Positions 33,146-43,700 of a stretch of 64,000 nt of DNA are shown piece by piece (the first letter of the stretch is position 1; every line of letters starts with the position of its first letter). This DNA comes from an uncultured Nitrososphaerales archaeon (GTDB lineage Archaea; Thermoproteota; Nitrososphaeria; Nitrososphaerales; Nitrososphaeraceae). The stretch spans positions 896,001 through 960,000 of the forward strand of contig CAVOHZ010000010.1 in the NCBI GenBank assembly GCA_963695855.1, given 5' to 3'. Under the pieces are notes generated by a model, which was given only the letters and a program-made list of their open reading frames with translations, did not search any database and was not told the origin of the DNA. A program made the position numbers and the translations under genes.

Positions 33146-33354
33146 AATCAAATATAACAAAAACAGTACGAAATAAAGATTTCTATTCGATCTATTTTAA
33201 ACATTATCCTTCCTCGCCAATCGCGTTTAAAACATTTAATATAAAAGGAAATTATTCATTGCTAGAACAAAAGTTAGTAATAGTAGGTAATAATCAAGCA
33301 AAATAAAGTGATAAATTGGCTCTGACGATATGAAAATCTTCTAGTATATTCCAT

Positions 33355-34762
33355 TACTGTATGTTGGCTAGGTTCAAACTTAACATACTCCGTATGAGAG
33401 TGAGGCTCTGACTGAACCGTATCTTATGAATGAATGAGTGGCTATCATAGTACCCTTAGAGGGTGAATGGATGTTTGCCACCTGTTAGCCAACAACAAGA
33501 ACTAAAAAAGAAGGTGAATGAAAAAGAAAATTGAATCATCTTGGAATAGATGTCGGAAAAAGAATATGCAGAGTAGCACTAAAAGATGACATGGGAAAGA
33601 TACAGGATGAATTCTTCTTTGGTAACAATTCTCAGGGAATATTAGAATTGATTAAAAGGACACACAGTCATGGAACAAAAAAATGTAATGCAGTACTGGA
33701 ATCTACCGGTAACATGTGGATGAGAATACATGATACACTGGAAGATAATGGAATAGATACTATACTTGCCAATCCATACAAGACAAAGATAATAGTACAA
33801 GCAAAGATAAAATCAGATAAACTTGATGCTTCTATATTATCTGATCTGCTGAGAACTGGATTGGTATACGAATCATATGTACCTGTAAAGGAATTCAGAG
33901 AAAAAAGGAGTCTGGTCAGACACAGGATAGTATTATCCAGAACCAAAACAAAACTAGCAAACAAGGTTCATGCTATTTTAGACAAATATGAATACAGAAC
34001 AGAACTGGCAGATATATTTGGAAAATCTGGAATTGAGTGGCTGAAATCACTGTCTGTTTCACCAATAGACAAAATAATACTGAATACGACACTAACATCA
34101 ATAGAATCTATAGCTAACCAGATAGAAATAGTATCAAAAGAGATAGCAAGATATGCCTGGCAAGATAGTCAAGATGTAAAGTTACTTCTAAGTATTACAG
34201 GTATAGACATATTTTCTGCAATGCTGATATCAACAGAGATAGTTGATATCACTAGATTCTCTACACCATGGAAACTTGTTAGTTATGCAGGATTGGCACC
34301 ATCTACAAGAGAGTCATCTGGAAAAATAAAAACAGGTAGAATAACAAAACAAGGTTCTCCATTGCTGAGATGGATACTAGTACAGTGTTCATTATCTGCC
34401 ATCAGACATGACCATCATATGAGAACATTCTATGAAAGAATCAAACAGAGAAAGGGGCATGGAAAAGCAATAGTTGCGACAGCAAAAGAAATGCATGTTG
34501 TAATATGGTACATGCTAACAAGACACCAATTGTATAGATACATGAACAAGACTAGATATGAGGAGAAACTAGAAAGACTGAAGAAGATCGGATCTCAATA
34601 AAGTAAAGGTAATTAGACAACAAAAAGACAATGACCTCTGAGAATAGGAACGTCATATATAGCGGAGGCTATTGTTGACAATGCTTAATAGATAGAAAGA
34701 CATAACAAAATAAGGCTGAACAGGATACAAAAGATAACCAGCATACATGTAGATTTTCATGG
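33355..34762 (+). mobile_element. IS110-family element (ends approximate)
   Basis: Recombinase ORF with about 170 bp 5' and 160 bp 3' of non-coding sequence; no terminal inverted repeats or target duplication seen, as expected for IS110. Confidence 0.75.
33531..34601 (+). CDS. IS110-family DEDD recombinase (transposase)
   Basis: GIDVG, LESTG and KSDKLD (DEDD); Tnp20 domain SITGI, SYAGLAPSTRESSG, GRITKQG, AIVATA. Confidence 0.95.
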   Translation: MNHLGIDVGKRICRVALKDDMGKIQDEFFFGNNSQGILELIKRTHSHGTKKCNAVLESTGNMWMRIHDTLEDNGIDTILANPYKTKIIVQAKIKSDKLDASILSDLLRTGLVYESYVPVKEFREKRSLVRHRIVLSRTKTKLANKVHAILDKYEYRTELADIFGKSGIEWLKSLSVSPIDKIILNTTLTSIESIANQIEIVSKEIARYAWQDSQDVKLLLSITGIDIFSAMLISTEIVDITRFSTPWKLVSYAGLAPSTRESSGKIKTGRITKQGSPLLRWILVQCSLSAIRHDHHMRTFYERIKQRKGHGKAIVATAKEMHVVIWYMLTRHQLYRYMNKTRYEEKLERLKKIGSQ

Positions 34763-34763
34763 A

Positions 34764-34859
34764 TGTTAAGTTAAGGAAAATTTATGAAATAAATTGAAAA
34801 ATTCTTTTGAAATTGAGCACAGAACATACCTATTACTTTATCCTTAAGTTAACAGGGCC
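34764..34859. mobile_element. Short IS6-derived MITE-like remnant
   Basis: TGTTAAGTTAAGG ... CCTTAAGTTAACAGGGCC; the right end resembles the IS6 right terminal repeat at 14414-14430. Confidence 0.5.
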
Positions 34860-34934
34860 CTATAAACCCGACATTTTTTTCTTTTTTTCTATAATTTATA
34901 AATCTATTACTCTAGCGATATTCTTTTAGTGTTA

Positions 34935-34967
34935 TTGAACTCAAGAGACTGTTCAACTCCCGACGGG
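34935..34967 (+). repeat. att-like site with a tRNA T-loop and 3' fragment
   Basis: TTGAAC-N10-GTTCAA inverted repeat overlapping GTTCAACTCCCGACGGG (T-loop, T-stem and partial acceptor strand). Confidence 0.65.
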
Positions 34968-35057
34968 TATGTTATAAATATAATTCATTTCACTTTTATA
35001 CGATTTTGTAATATTGATATATCAATAATTAAATTTGATATACGATAATAACATATC

Positions 35058-35468
35058 ATGAAATTTACAAAAATTATTGAAACCAGTATATATTCTTCCA
35101 ATCTAAAACAAATGAAGGATTTTTATATCGATATTTTGGGATTGGATCTTGTTTCAGAAGAAAAAGACAGACATGTATTTTTAAAAGCAGGAAAAAGCAT
35201 GCTTTTAATTTTCAATCCTAACAATACATTAAATAAAATCAATGATATTTTTCCGTCTCATGGGGCATTTAGTCCTCCTTCTATAATACATTTTGCCTTT
35301 GAAATAAAAAGAGAAGATTATGAAAAATGGAAGTCTCTTTTAAAAGAAAATAAAATCAGTATTGAAAAAGAGAAGAAATTTGGGAAGAGCAAATCAATAT
35401 ATTTTCGCGATCCAGTTGGCAATATGGTTGAATTCATAACCTCTAATGCTTGGCCAGTGGATGATTAA
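35058..35468 (+). CDS. VOC / glyoxalase family protein
   Basis: IIETSIY..NL..MKDFY.DILGL, HFAF, SIYFRDP.GN.VEF. Confidence 0.92.
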   Translation: MKFTKIIETSIYSSNLKQMKDFYIDILGLDLVSEEKDRHVFLKAGKSMLLIFNPNNTLNKINDIFPSHGAFSPPSIIHFAFEIKREDYEKWKSLLKENKISIEKEKKFGKSKSIYFRDPVGNMVEFITSNAWPVDD

Positions 35469-35659
35469 TAATCTATTTATTTTTATTTTATACTTATTGG
35501 CATGGAGCTTTGGTTTTTCATCAGAAAAGATTTTGGAACTGGTGAGAGGTTTTTTGGACAAGATTCTTTCAACAAGATAACAAAAGTTAAGTATTGACGT
35601 TTGTTGAAATCTAATTTTAAAAATTGGTCATATCTTCTATTATGACAGGTTACATTATA

Positions 35660-35691
35660 GAGGCAAAAATGCCTCTCAACCCGACTCCCCC
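35660..35691 (+). repeat. att-like site, family B
   Basis: GAGGCA-AAAA-TGCCTC-TCAA-CCCGAC... Confidence 0.72.
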
Positions 35692-35855
35692 ATATAGAAA
35701 TTGAGAAGTAAAAACGTTAATTCATTCTGATATGTTACTAATTGGTGAAGAAATAAAATCTGATTTTATACAGAAACTGGTAATACCACATTCAATTATT
35801 TCAAAGAAAGGAGAAAATGGAATAATTATGACCTGCCCTCAAAAAATGATAGGTA

Positions 35856-37154
35856 TTATTTGTGGATATATAAGTTCAATACAGCCTTTTCATTATCCCC
35901 GTTTATATTGTCTATAATAAGTTTAGGATTATTAGAAATATCTTCAGGGAATGAATATTGAAATGCAAATGTACCAAAAGAAGATTTTTGATTTTCTGTA
36001 TAAATTATCTTATTTTTATCCTCTACTACAAAATCAAAACTAGAATGTCTTACCAAATCTCCTATTTTAGGATCTTGTAAATTCATAATAAAATTAATAG
36101 GAGTTGATGGAGTTATTAAGGAAGGATTCCAAGAAATTTGAACTAAAAATTTTTCGTTAGATGTTAAAATATCTAAGGGAAATTGTGGTTTCTCTACGGT
36201 ATATAATTTAAATGAAGTAGGAATTTGGTTATTAGTAATATCAATATCTTGGGAGATTTGTCGAGATAATTGATCCAATTGATCTTTATTTAGAACTAAA
36301 TGAATAATGCGTGAATTTAGATCTGAATAGTCATCTATGATCAGGGATCTTGTTGGAAGATTCTTTTCAAATATCAAACCGCCATAACTATTAGTATTAG
36401 AAATGTCAAGTAGTTTTGGTATTACAAATTCAATGTGCAAGTATTCCATTTGTTGTATGTATATCGGGTTCCAATTGAATGGCATTTCAAATGCTAATGT
36501 ATTATTTTCCTTAACATAGTTAATATTTCTTAAAGAATCATAATAACTTTTAATTATACCATTGTTTTTTTCTTCAGTGGTGTCTTGTATGTTGAAGTAA
36601 TGATCTTCACCTATACTTATGAATAAGTCAACTACTATATCATTTTCTAATGCTAATCCTCCACTTGGTTTTTTAAAAGTAATAGATAGATGATATAAAC
36701 CACCCTGTGAGAGAATTTTACTTGTTATTTCAAATCTATCATTTTGTTTGATATTTTGTATACAATCTATAGAATTTAATTGGATACCATTCTTAGAAAT
36801 AATAGCCTCAGTTATGTTTATTGCAATAAGTTTAGAATTAAAAAGACCAGCGCTAGATTTGATACATAGATTTAAAAATAATTCTTTATCTGAGAAAATT
36901 TTTATATCATAATCCAAATCAGAGATTGTTTGATTAGTCAACTGGTCATAAATCCTTAATAAAAATTTCGGATCAGTATAATCAATAGAGTTATTAACAT
37001 ATGCAGGCTCTAATTTTGCTTCTACTACAATTTTTTTACCAGGCACATCAACTGGATTGGAAATATCTGTACTAAGACCATGTCCATTAACTTGGATATA
37101 GGAAATTTTAAAGAGGATTAAGAATATGAATATAAAAATACCAATAGAATTCAT
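35856..37154 (-). CDS. Secreted hypothetical protein (thaumarchaeal type)
   Basis: Signal peptide followed by HGL; GGLYH, SYYD, FEMPFNW, H.EF.IPK and IDDYS...RIIHLVL segments. Confidence 0.78.
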   Translation of the reverse strand: MNSIGIFIFIFLILFKISYIQVNGHGLSTDISNPVDVPGKKIVVEAKLEPAYVNNSIDYTDPKFLLRIYDQLTNQTISDLDYDIKIFSDKELFLNLCIKSSAGLFNSKLIAINITEAIISKNGIQLNSIDCIQNIKQNDRFEITSKILSQGGLYHLSITFKKPSGGLALENDIVVDLFISIGEDHYFNIQDTTEEKNNGIIKSYYDSLRNINYVKENNTLAFEMPFNWNPIYIQQMEYLHIEFVIPKLLDISNTNSYGGLIFEKNLPTRSLIIDDYSDLNSRIIHLVLNKDQLDQLSRQISQDIDITNNQIPTSFKLYTVEKPQFPLDILTSNEKFLVQISWNPSLITPSTPINFIMNLQDPKIGDLVRHSSFDFVVEDKNKIIYTENQKSSFGTFAFQYSFPEDISNNPKLIIDNINGDNEKAVLNLYIHK

Positions 37155-37392
37155 TTTTAAATAATGAATAAGATAAAAACAACGATATTAATAAATTTCG
37201 AAAATAGCAAGTCTAGAATATGTATTTGTATATAAAAAGTTCTAAAATAAATAATATAAAAATGATATATTTACAATAACAAAAAAATCATCTATCTATA
37301 CGTAAGGAGACAAGTCTTTAAAATTTGTGGAATAAAATTTTTAATATTGTAATTTTTTTATTAATTATTCTTAAGAAATAAATAACAAAATA

Positions 37393-37426
37393 GAGGCAAA
37401 AATGCCTCGCAACCCGACGGGCCCGT
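37393..37426 (+). repeat. att-like site, family B with intact tRNA-like 3' core
   Basis: GAGGCA-AAAA-TGCCTC-GCAA-CCCGA-CGGGCCC-GT. Confidence 0.8.
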
Positions 37427-37722
37427 ACGTTTCTAGGGCCCAGCACCTAGGATTATATTAATAGAGTATTCCAATATTATCAAACTTTTAAAAACTAGGC
37501 TATAAGGAAACAAACTGTGAGACATTTGCTGAAGCATTAAAAAAGCAGTTTAAATACTTTATTGTTTTCATCTTGTTTTTATATGCTATCAATTAATTAC
37601 CATTGTTATCATTTACTTTTCACTCATCATCGAAAATATCATTTAAATTACCTAGATTATTCGATTTGGTACATTAACAAACAAAACAAAATCTTTTAAC
37701 AAGTTTATATTATTGATAAATA

Positions 37723-38019
37723 TTGGATAGAGAAAAAATTCTTAGAAACTTATTTAATAAAGCCACTGAAGATACAATAGAAACTCTACCTTATACAATT
37801 CAAGTATTTCAGAACCCTTCATATGATCTAAAGAAAACAGTAACGAATGATTTGGATTTTCTTTTAGGGGCATTTTTTGGACAGGTAATTTTGTTTTATT
37901 CTGTTTATTGTTCCAACAAAGATATGAAGCCAACAATTGAAGAATCAAATCAATTTAATTATGAATTATTTTCGAAGGCAGAAGAATACAAAACTATTAT
38001 CAAAGAATTAATGGTATGA
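37723..38019 (+). CDS. Hypothetical protein
   Basis: 98-aa ORF lying alone between two att-like sites. Confidence 0.65.
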   Translation: MDREKILRNLFNKATEDTIETLPYTIQVFQNPSYDLKKTVTNDLDFLLGAFFGQVILFYSVYCSNKDMKPTIEESNQFNYELFSKAEEYKTIIKELMV

Positions 38020-38178
38020 AAATACTTAAAAGAATCAACTCTAGGAAAACAATATGGTCAGGTTTTTTTAGACAACACAAAACATCGGAAATAGCCAAAA
38101 TCTAAAGAAATTACACTAATCTTTTAAAAATATGTATTCAAAAGTAAATCATAAATGTTATCTCTTTACTACCATACA

Positions 38179-38228
38179 TTAGACTCTAATTTTTGCACCG
38201 CTATCGGTGTTACTCCCGACGGGCCCGT
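38179..38228 (+). repeat. att-like site, family A with intact tRNA-like 3' core
   Basis: TTAGACTCTAATTTTT-GCACCG-CTAT-CGGTGT-TACT-CCCGA-CGGGCCC-GT. Confidence 0.82.
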
Positions 38229-38270
38229 GCTGATATAAGTGCTAAAATTATGTTCTTTACAATTTACTAT

Positions 38271-38822
38271 TTAGTATTTTTTTATTATATAAACTAAAGA
38301 ATTTCTATAACTATTTGAGATAGTATGGTATTCATTTACTTTCTTTGTCTTTACAAAACCATTTTTTTCCAAAACTCTTATAGAAGGTTTATTTTCTGGA
38401 AAAACATAAGCTGAAATCTCTTTCAATCCCAATACGTCAAATGCGTAGTTAACCACTAGTTCAATACATTCTGTTGCTATGCCTTTGCCATGATATTGTT
38501 GACCTATCCAGTAACCTATATTTGCTTTTTTATTAACATAATCAATATCTTTAATAGCTATAATTCCAACTAGTAGACGAACTGATTGAAATTTATTTTT
38601 ATAGTCTATAGCAAAAGTTATTGATTTATGTAGCCTAAAATCATCACAACTAGATTTAATAAATTTTAAAGCATCATCTATCTTATAAGGATATGGAACT
38701 TCATAAAGATATTTAGCTATATCATAACTCATAAGATTTACTATATTTGTAACATCATCCATCGAAGGTTCTCTTAAATTGACTAGCTTACCAGATAATT
38801 GTGGAAAAGATGAATTAGTCAT
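38271..38822 (-). CDS. RimJ/RimL-family GNAT N-acetyltransferase
   Basis: ANIGYWIG..YHGKGIATE, YAF..LGL..I.A.V...N..SIRVLEKNGF. Confidence 0.92.
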   Translation of the reverse strand: MTNSSFPQLSGKLVNLREPSMDDVTNIVNLMSYDIAKYLYEVPYPYKIDDALKFIKSSCDDFRLHKSITFAIDYKNKFQSVRLLVGIIAIKDIDYVNKKANIGYWIGQQYHGKGIATECIELVVNYAFDVLGLKEISAYVFPENKPSIRVLEKNGFVKTKKVNEYHTISNSYRNSLVYIIKKY

Positions 38823-38950
38823 CTGCTACTTGTTTTATTATACCACAAAATGCTATATTTAACTAACTTCTACCTTTAGCAAGATAGTATATAATTTTAA
38901 TATATGTTGTTAGAACTTTAAATTAAAATAAGAGCTGTATTTGGAAGTTA

Positions 38951-38985
38951 GATTAGTAACAAATTTGTTATTCAAAAGACCCTTA
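38951..38985 (+). repeat. att-like site, family C (degenerate core)
   Basis: GATTAGTAACAAATTTGTTATTCAAAAGACCC; TAACAAATTTGTTA is a perfect palindrome. Confidence 0.65.
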
Positions 38986-39031
38986 CCATCTGATTTTGGC
39001 TGAATTCTTTTTGAGCGTCAGAATTCTGTAA

Positions 39032-40595
39032 CTATTTGAGTACCTCTGTGACTTTTTTACCATCTTTTGTCCATGATGTTATCTCTTTTTTACCATCAGG
39101 ATATTCTGTAATTACTTGATTATCTTTTGTTGTGGTAATTTTTGTTTCTTCTCCTTTGGACCCGAAAAGTATTGTTTCAGTTGTACCATCAGGAAGTATT
39201 TTTTCAATTTTGTTATCTGTTTTCGTAATTTTACCTGCTGTTATTCCTGAAATTTTATACTCTGTGACACTTAATCCTGGTTTCTCATATTTGCTTTCCA
39301 CAAGGCCGGAAGGATTTACAATATATTCTTTTTTTGTATCTCCCTGTTTTATTTGGTAAACCTTTGTACCATCTGTTTCTTTGTAACTATACCAGTTATC
39401 ATAAGTATGCTGACAATATTTTACTATCTTGTATTATCTTTTAGATCAGAATAGCTATTAGCTGATACTATAAACATGATATCTTATTGACTAGTACAAT
39501 ATCTAAAGCAAGATTTGAAAAACTATACAGATCTGAACATGATACTAATGTAAAGGAAAGAATGCTAATTGTGTTGAACGTAGTATATGATAAACAGATT
39601 CCTGCACAGGTAGCAAGAGATCTTCATAGAAGCAGAACATGGGCTTCTGACTGGTTAAAGAGGTACAGGAAAGAAGGTATAGAAGGATTAAAAAACAGGA
39701 CAAAGAGTGGCAGACCACCAGATATACCAGAAGAGACTGTATATGAGATAAAAAACGAATTAGCATCCAGTAAACAAGGATGGACTACGAAACAGGTAGA
39801 AGATCTAATAGTAAGGAAGAGTGGTGGAATCAGATACCATTATACACATATTTACAGACTAATGCACAAGTGGGGATTCAAACAGAAGGTACCAAGAAAA
39901 GTGCATGTGAACACAGCATCAAAAGAAGAGAAAGAGGATTTTAAAAAAGAGCAAGAAAGGTACTGGATACTCTCCAGCAGCAGCATCAGCAAGAAGGATT
40001 TACAGTAGTATCTACAGATGAATCATTTTTCTTCTATGATTCACTTGTCAGGAAAGTATGGATAAACAAGGATGAAAGACCAGTTGTAAGGATTACGGGG
40101 TCACATCAGGAGTCAGTTCTATTTGGTACCACAAGTCTGGAAGGAAAACAGATGTTCAGGCAATATGACTGGTTTGATGAAAACACATTTTTAGATTATC
40201 TAAAACAGATACACAGAAAGTTTCCAAAATGTTATCTGTTTCTGGATAAAGCAAAACAGCACTACAGATCATATAAGGTACTACGATATTTTGATGAACA
40301 CAAACAGAATCTAATTCCAATATATCTTCCAACAGCATCTCCGGAATTTATGGTACTGGAAGAGATATGGCATATAGCCAAAAACGATCTGCTTGTACTA
40401 CAATACTATTCATCCTTTACAGATTTCAAAAATAAAATATCCTCGTATTTTAAGACAAAAAGATTCTGTCTTGATATGAGACACTATCTGTTGGGAGGTG
40501 TCAGCTAACATATGCTAGATGGTATAGTTGTCGTCTTACCATCAGGATATTCTATGATTATATGATCATTATAACTAGAAAAGATATTTTCGGTC
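39032..40595 (-). pseudogene. Repeat protein with (Y/L)PDG turns, split by IS630
   Basis: Removing the IS and one TA rejoins IIEYPDGKTT/SYKETDGTKVYQIKQGDTKKEY... into listed ORF 39032..39301. Confidence 0.7.
39390..40524 (+). mobile_element. IS630-family IS (orfA 39487..40008 plus orfB to 40508 via -1 frameshift)
   Basis: Terminal repeats TACCAGTTATCATAAGTATGCTGAC / GTCAGCTAACATATGCTAGATGGTA; TA duplication; TTTTAAAAAAG slippery site; TDES, LDKA, EEIW. Confidence 0.92.
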
Positions 40596-40978
40596 ACCTT
40601 GAGTATTGTCCATTTGGCCAAATCTAATCTTCTATTATTCTACAAATTAAAACAATTATGAATTAAAATTTTTAATCAAATTTTTTAAGGTATTACTTAA
40701 CTCAGGATTAATGCTTAGAGAAATAATCAACTTATAGAGATACCAACTATAGTATCATAAATATGTTAAATCGCATAAAAATAGATGAATATTGTTCTAG
40801 TCAGAAAATCAGCAATAACTATATCTTAAACTATTCTTCAAAAGAAAAAAAATAATTCCCAGGTTCTAATTTTCACTTCCTAAAAGGACATAATAGTTAT
40901 AAATAGCAAAATTTTGTACCTGATAAATCATATTATCAATTTATTAATACTTATTAACAGTAGAAAATATTCCGGTTT

Positions 40979-41701
40979 ATGAGTGACTATCAATCTAAGA
41001 ATATATCAAATAAAAGTAATAAAGCAAAATTTAGTGTAAAACATAAATATTTAGTAGAAATTGTAGGCACTTTTATTCTAGTTTATGCCATTGCATCTGC
41101 TGCTACTGTTTATTCAGACAGTGGGCAATTAGGAGTAATTGGAATAGGATTGGTACATGCACTGGTGTTAACAGCAATAATATATGCTATTGGTTATCGT
41201 TCTGGTGCTCAAGTAAATCCTGCTGTTACAATCGCTTTATTAGTAGCAAAAAAAATTGGAAGAAAAGAAGCAGTATTATACATAATTTGTCAGCTAATTG
41301 GAGCCGTAATAGGAGCTGCTGTTGTTTACGCAATGTTTGGTTCTGCAATGTCGACAAGTGTAACGTTACCCTCAGACAATAACATATTGAGAGCGTTTGT
41401 ATTAGAAACAGTAATGACATTTACTTTGGTATATGTAGTTTTAGCTACTACTACTGCTAAAAATTTTAAAATTGCACCCTTAGCAGGAGTTGCAATAGGT
41501 TTTACGCTAGGATTTAATGTTATTTTGGGTGGATCTATCACCGGTGGTTCTCTTAATCCAGCTAGATCATTTGGACCTGCATTGATGACTGGGAATTTTG
41601 ATTATAATTGGCTTTACTGGATAGCTCCGATCATAGGAGGTCTGATCGCAGCAGGTGTGTATAAAGCATTACATCGTGATTCAGAACTTCCCTCAGAATA
41701 G
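40979..41701 (+). CDS. MIP-family channel (aquaporin)
   Basis: SGAQVNPAVT and GGSLNPARSFGP (two NPA motifs); six transmembrane helices; WLYWIAP. Confidence 0.96.
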   Translation: MSDYQSKNISNKSNKAKFSVKHKYLVEIVGTFILVYAIASAATVYSDSGQLGVIGIGLVHALVLTAIIYAIGYRSGAQVNPAVTIALLVAKKIGRKEAVLYIICQLIGAVIGAAVVYAMFGSAMSTSVTLPSDNNILRAFVLETVMTFTLVYVVLATTTAKNFKIAPLAGVAIGFTLGFNVILGGSITGGSLNPARSFGPALMTGNFDYNWLYWIAPIIGGLIAAGVYKALHRDSELPSE

Positions 41702-42303
41702 CAAAGGACCAAGGATAATACGCATTAAAACTCTCCGTCCTATCCAACAAAAATTTATCATAGAGCTAATCATCATGGAATGAAATTCGTGTATCTCTTT
41801 TTCATTTTAAATCAAAATAACGTATGAAAAAATCATAGAAAAAATCGTCATAATTTTGGCTCTGTTCATTTGATTCTTTTTTTAAGAATCATTCTATTGT
41901 GTATGTCAATAAACAAGATTAACCAATGCATTATATGTTGTAAATTGCAGTTGTATATTCTACAGGGAAAATAATCATCAAACCCTTCAGTTCTGTCCAA
42001 AGATGTCCTTTCGAGAAAATAAATGTAATTTTATTAGGATTATGAAGAGTATAATTTACCGTCTTTTCAAATTTAGTAGATTTATAAGAACCCTTTTTAT
42101 GGCCAAAGTATTTAATTTTGTAAAATTGTTGTTATCTTATTTGCCTTTCTAATTTGAAATTTATTAAATACCTTTTATAATGAAATTAGAGACAATACCG
42201 GACCTGCTAAAAAATACGTCATTATCTTAATTTTAAATATCTGATCTTAACAAATAAGTTTTGTATTAAATCTTTATTACAAAATCTAATATCGTATAGT
42301 TTA

Positions 42304-42864
42304 ATGGAAAAACATCAACTATCATCAAAGATAGGTAGATTATCAATACTTGCTGCAATAATGTCAGTAATAATGCCATCTGTTTATGCAATAGACGATG
42401 AGGATAAGAAAGATTTATGTCAAGACTATGGAGGAGACTGGGAAGGAGTAGCTTGTGATTTTGAAACAGATGATGAAGATAATGCAGATAAATTTACTGA
42501 TGAGCTTCAAAAATTAGATGAATTTGAGGATGACAAGGCAGCTCTTGAAGATGATTTATGTGATGATGAAGATGCAGAAGAGACAAACATCGATATATGT
42601 CAATCTGCTACATTAGCTTTTGCATCTACAGATTCAGAGGAAGATGAAGATGAAAAAGAAGATAATCAACCTAATACAAAAGAAGAAGATGAACAGTTTG
42701 CAAAAGAATTGTGTGAAAGTGAGACCTATAAGGGAGAATGGAAAAACGGTGAATGTACTAATTTCCCAGGTGGTCAGTCTTCAGCCTCCATAGGTTATGG
42801 AGATGAATGTGAAAGCAGTGATTTTCAAAAGAAGCATCCTTACTTTTGCAAAGTAACTGACTAA
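42304..42864 (+). CDS. Secreted acidic, Cys-rich hypothetical protein
   Basis: Signal peptide; very D/E-rich; two C...G.W....C motifs. Confidence 0.75.
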   Translation: MEKHQLSSKIGRLSILAAIMSVIMPSVYAIDDEDKKDLCQDYGGDWEGVACDFETDDEDNADKFTDELQKLDEFEDDKAALEDDLCDDEDAEETNIDICQSATLAFASTDSEEDEDEKEDNQPNTKEEDEQFAKELCESETYKGEWKNGECTNFPGGQSSASIGYGDECESSDFQKKHPYFCKVTD

Positions 42865-43215
42865 CTATCAAACCTTCTTGAATGAGGACTTTATGTAATT
42901 CATTTCTAATTTTTTTTAGCCTAAAACCATTTTTTATTATTGTTAAAAAAAAGGTATCGTTATAATCTGATTAATTTTATAACTATTAAAAAGTATTAAA
43001 TGGAAAATAAGTTCTAGCTCCTTCAAAAATTAAATTAGGTACCTAACAATTATAAATCTTGAAAACTCATGAGGAAGTATATTTCTACTTCTGTCTTCAA
43101 AATAAAAATTTTGCAAATATTGCAGAAATATAATAGCTTTAGAATTGAATATTTTTCCATCCAAATGGTCTTTATTTTAAATTATAAATAGTTTAGAAGA
43201 TGAAATAATATTATT

Positions 43216-43497
43216 ATGGGAGCTTTCAAATCAAGGAGAAATTATAATACTTTTTTTCATAAGAAGAATAGATGGGATTTTGGTAAATATTATAGAGAAG
43301 GTTCCCGCTATCATCAGGTAGTATCATCTGGGTATTATACAAATCAGATATGAAGAGCTTTAAACAAATGTTGGGTAGGATACATGATAGCTATCAATAA
43401 ATGGGAATTTGATAAAGAAATTATGTATGCTAAAAGAATACAAAAGTTACAAAGTGAATTAGGGTTGCAAGTATCAGAGTTTGCGTGTTTAACCTGA
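43216..43497 (+). pseudogene. Paralogue of 16128..16385 with one internal stop
   Basis: RRNYNTFF...*RALNKCWVGYMIA..KWEFDKEIMYAKRIQKLQSELGL. Confidence 0.7.
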
Positions 43498-43700
43498 TTA
43501 AGGTTTACTCAGATCATCTTTATAAGAATATAGTCAAAGATATTGATAAGAAAATCTTACTCTTGTTATACATAAAAATACGTTAGATATATCTTTGGAG
43601 AGTATTTTTATAGATCTTCTTAACTTTATAGACTACATCATTAGGTCTCAGCTTTTGCATTACTTCCTTTAAAATTGTAATATAGTTTGGCTTGGCTTGA

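Noticed and set aside
34855-34872. GGGCCC...AAACCCGAC as another att-like site (also CAGGCAAAAAT near 30446)
   Set aside because: GGGCC belongs to the IS6-like terminal repeat, and the matches are too short and lack the hairpin-core geometry.
37393-38228. Additional tRNA genes at the CCCGACGGGCCCG sites
   Set aside because: No 5' acceptor strand, D-arm or anticodon arm upstream; only 3' fragments are present.
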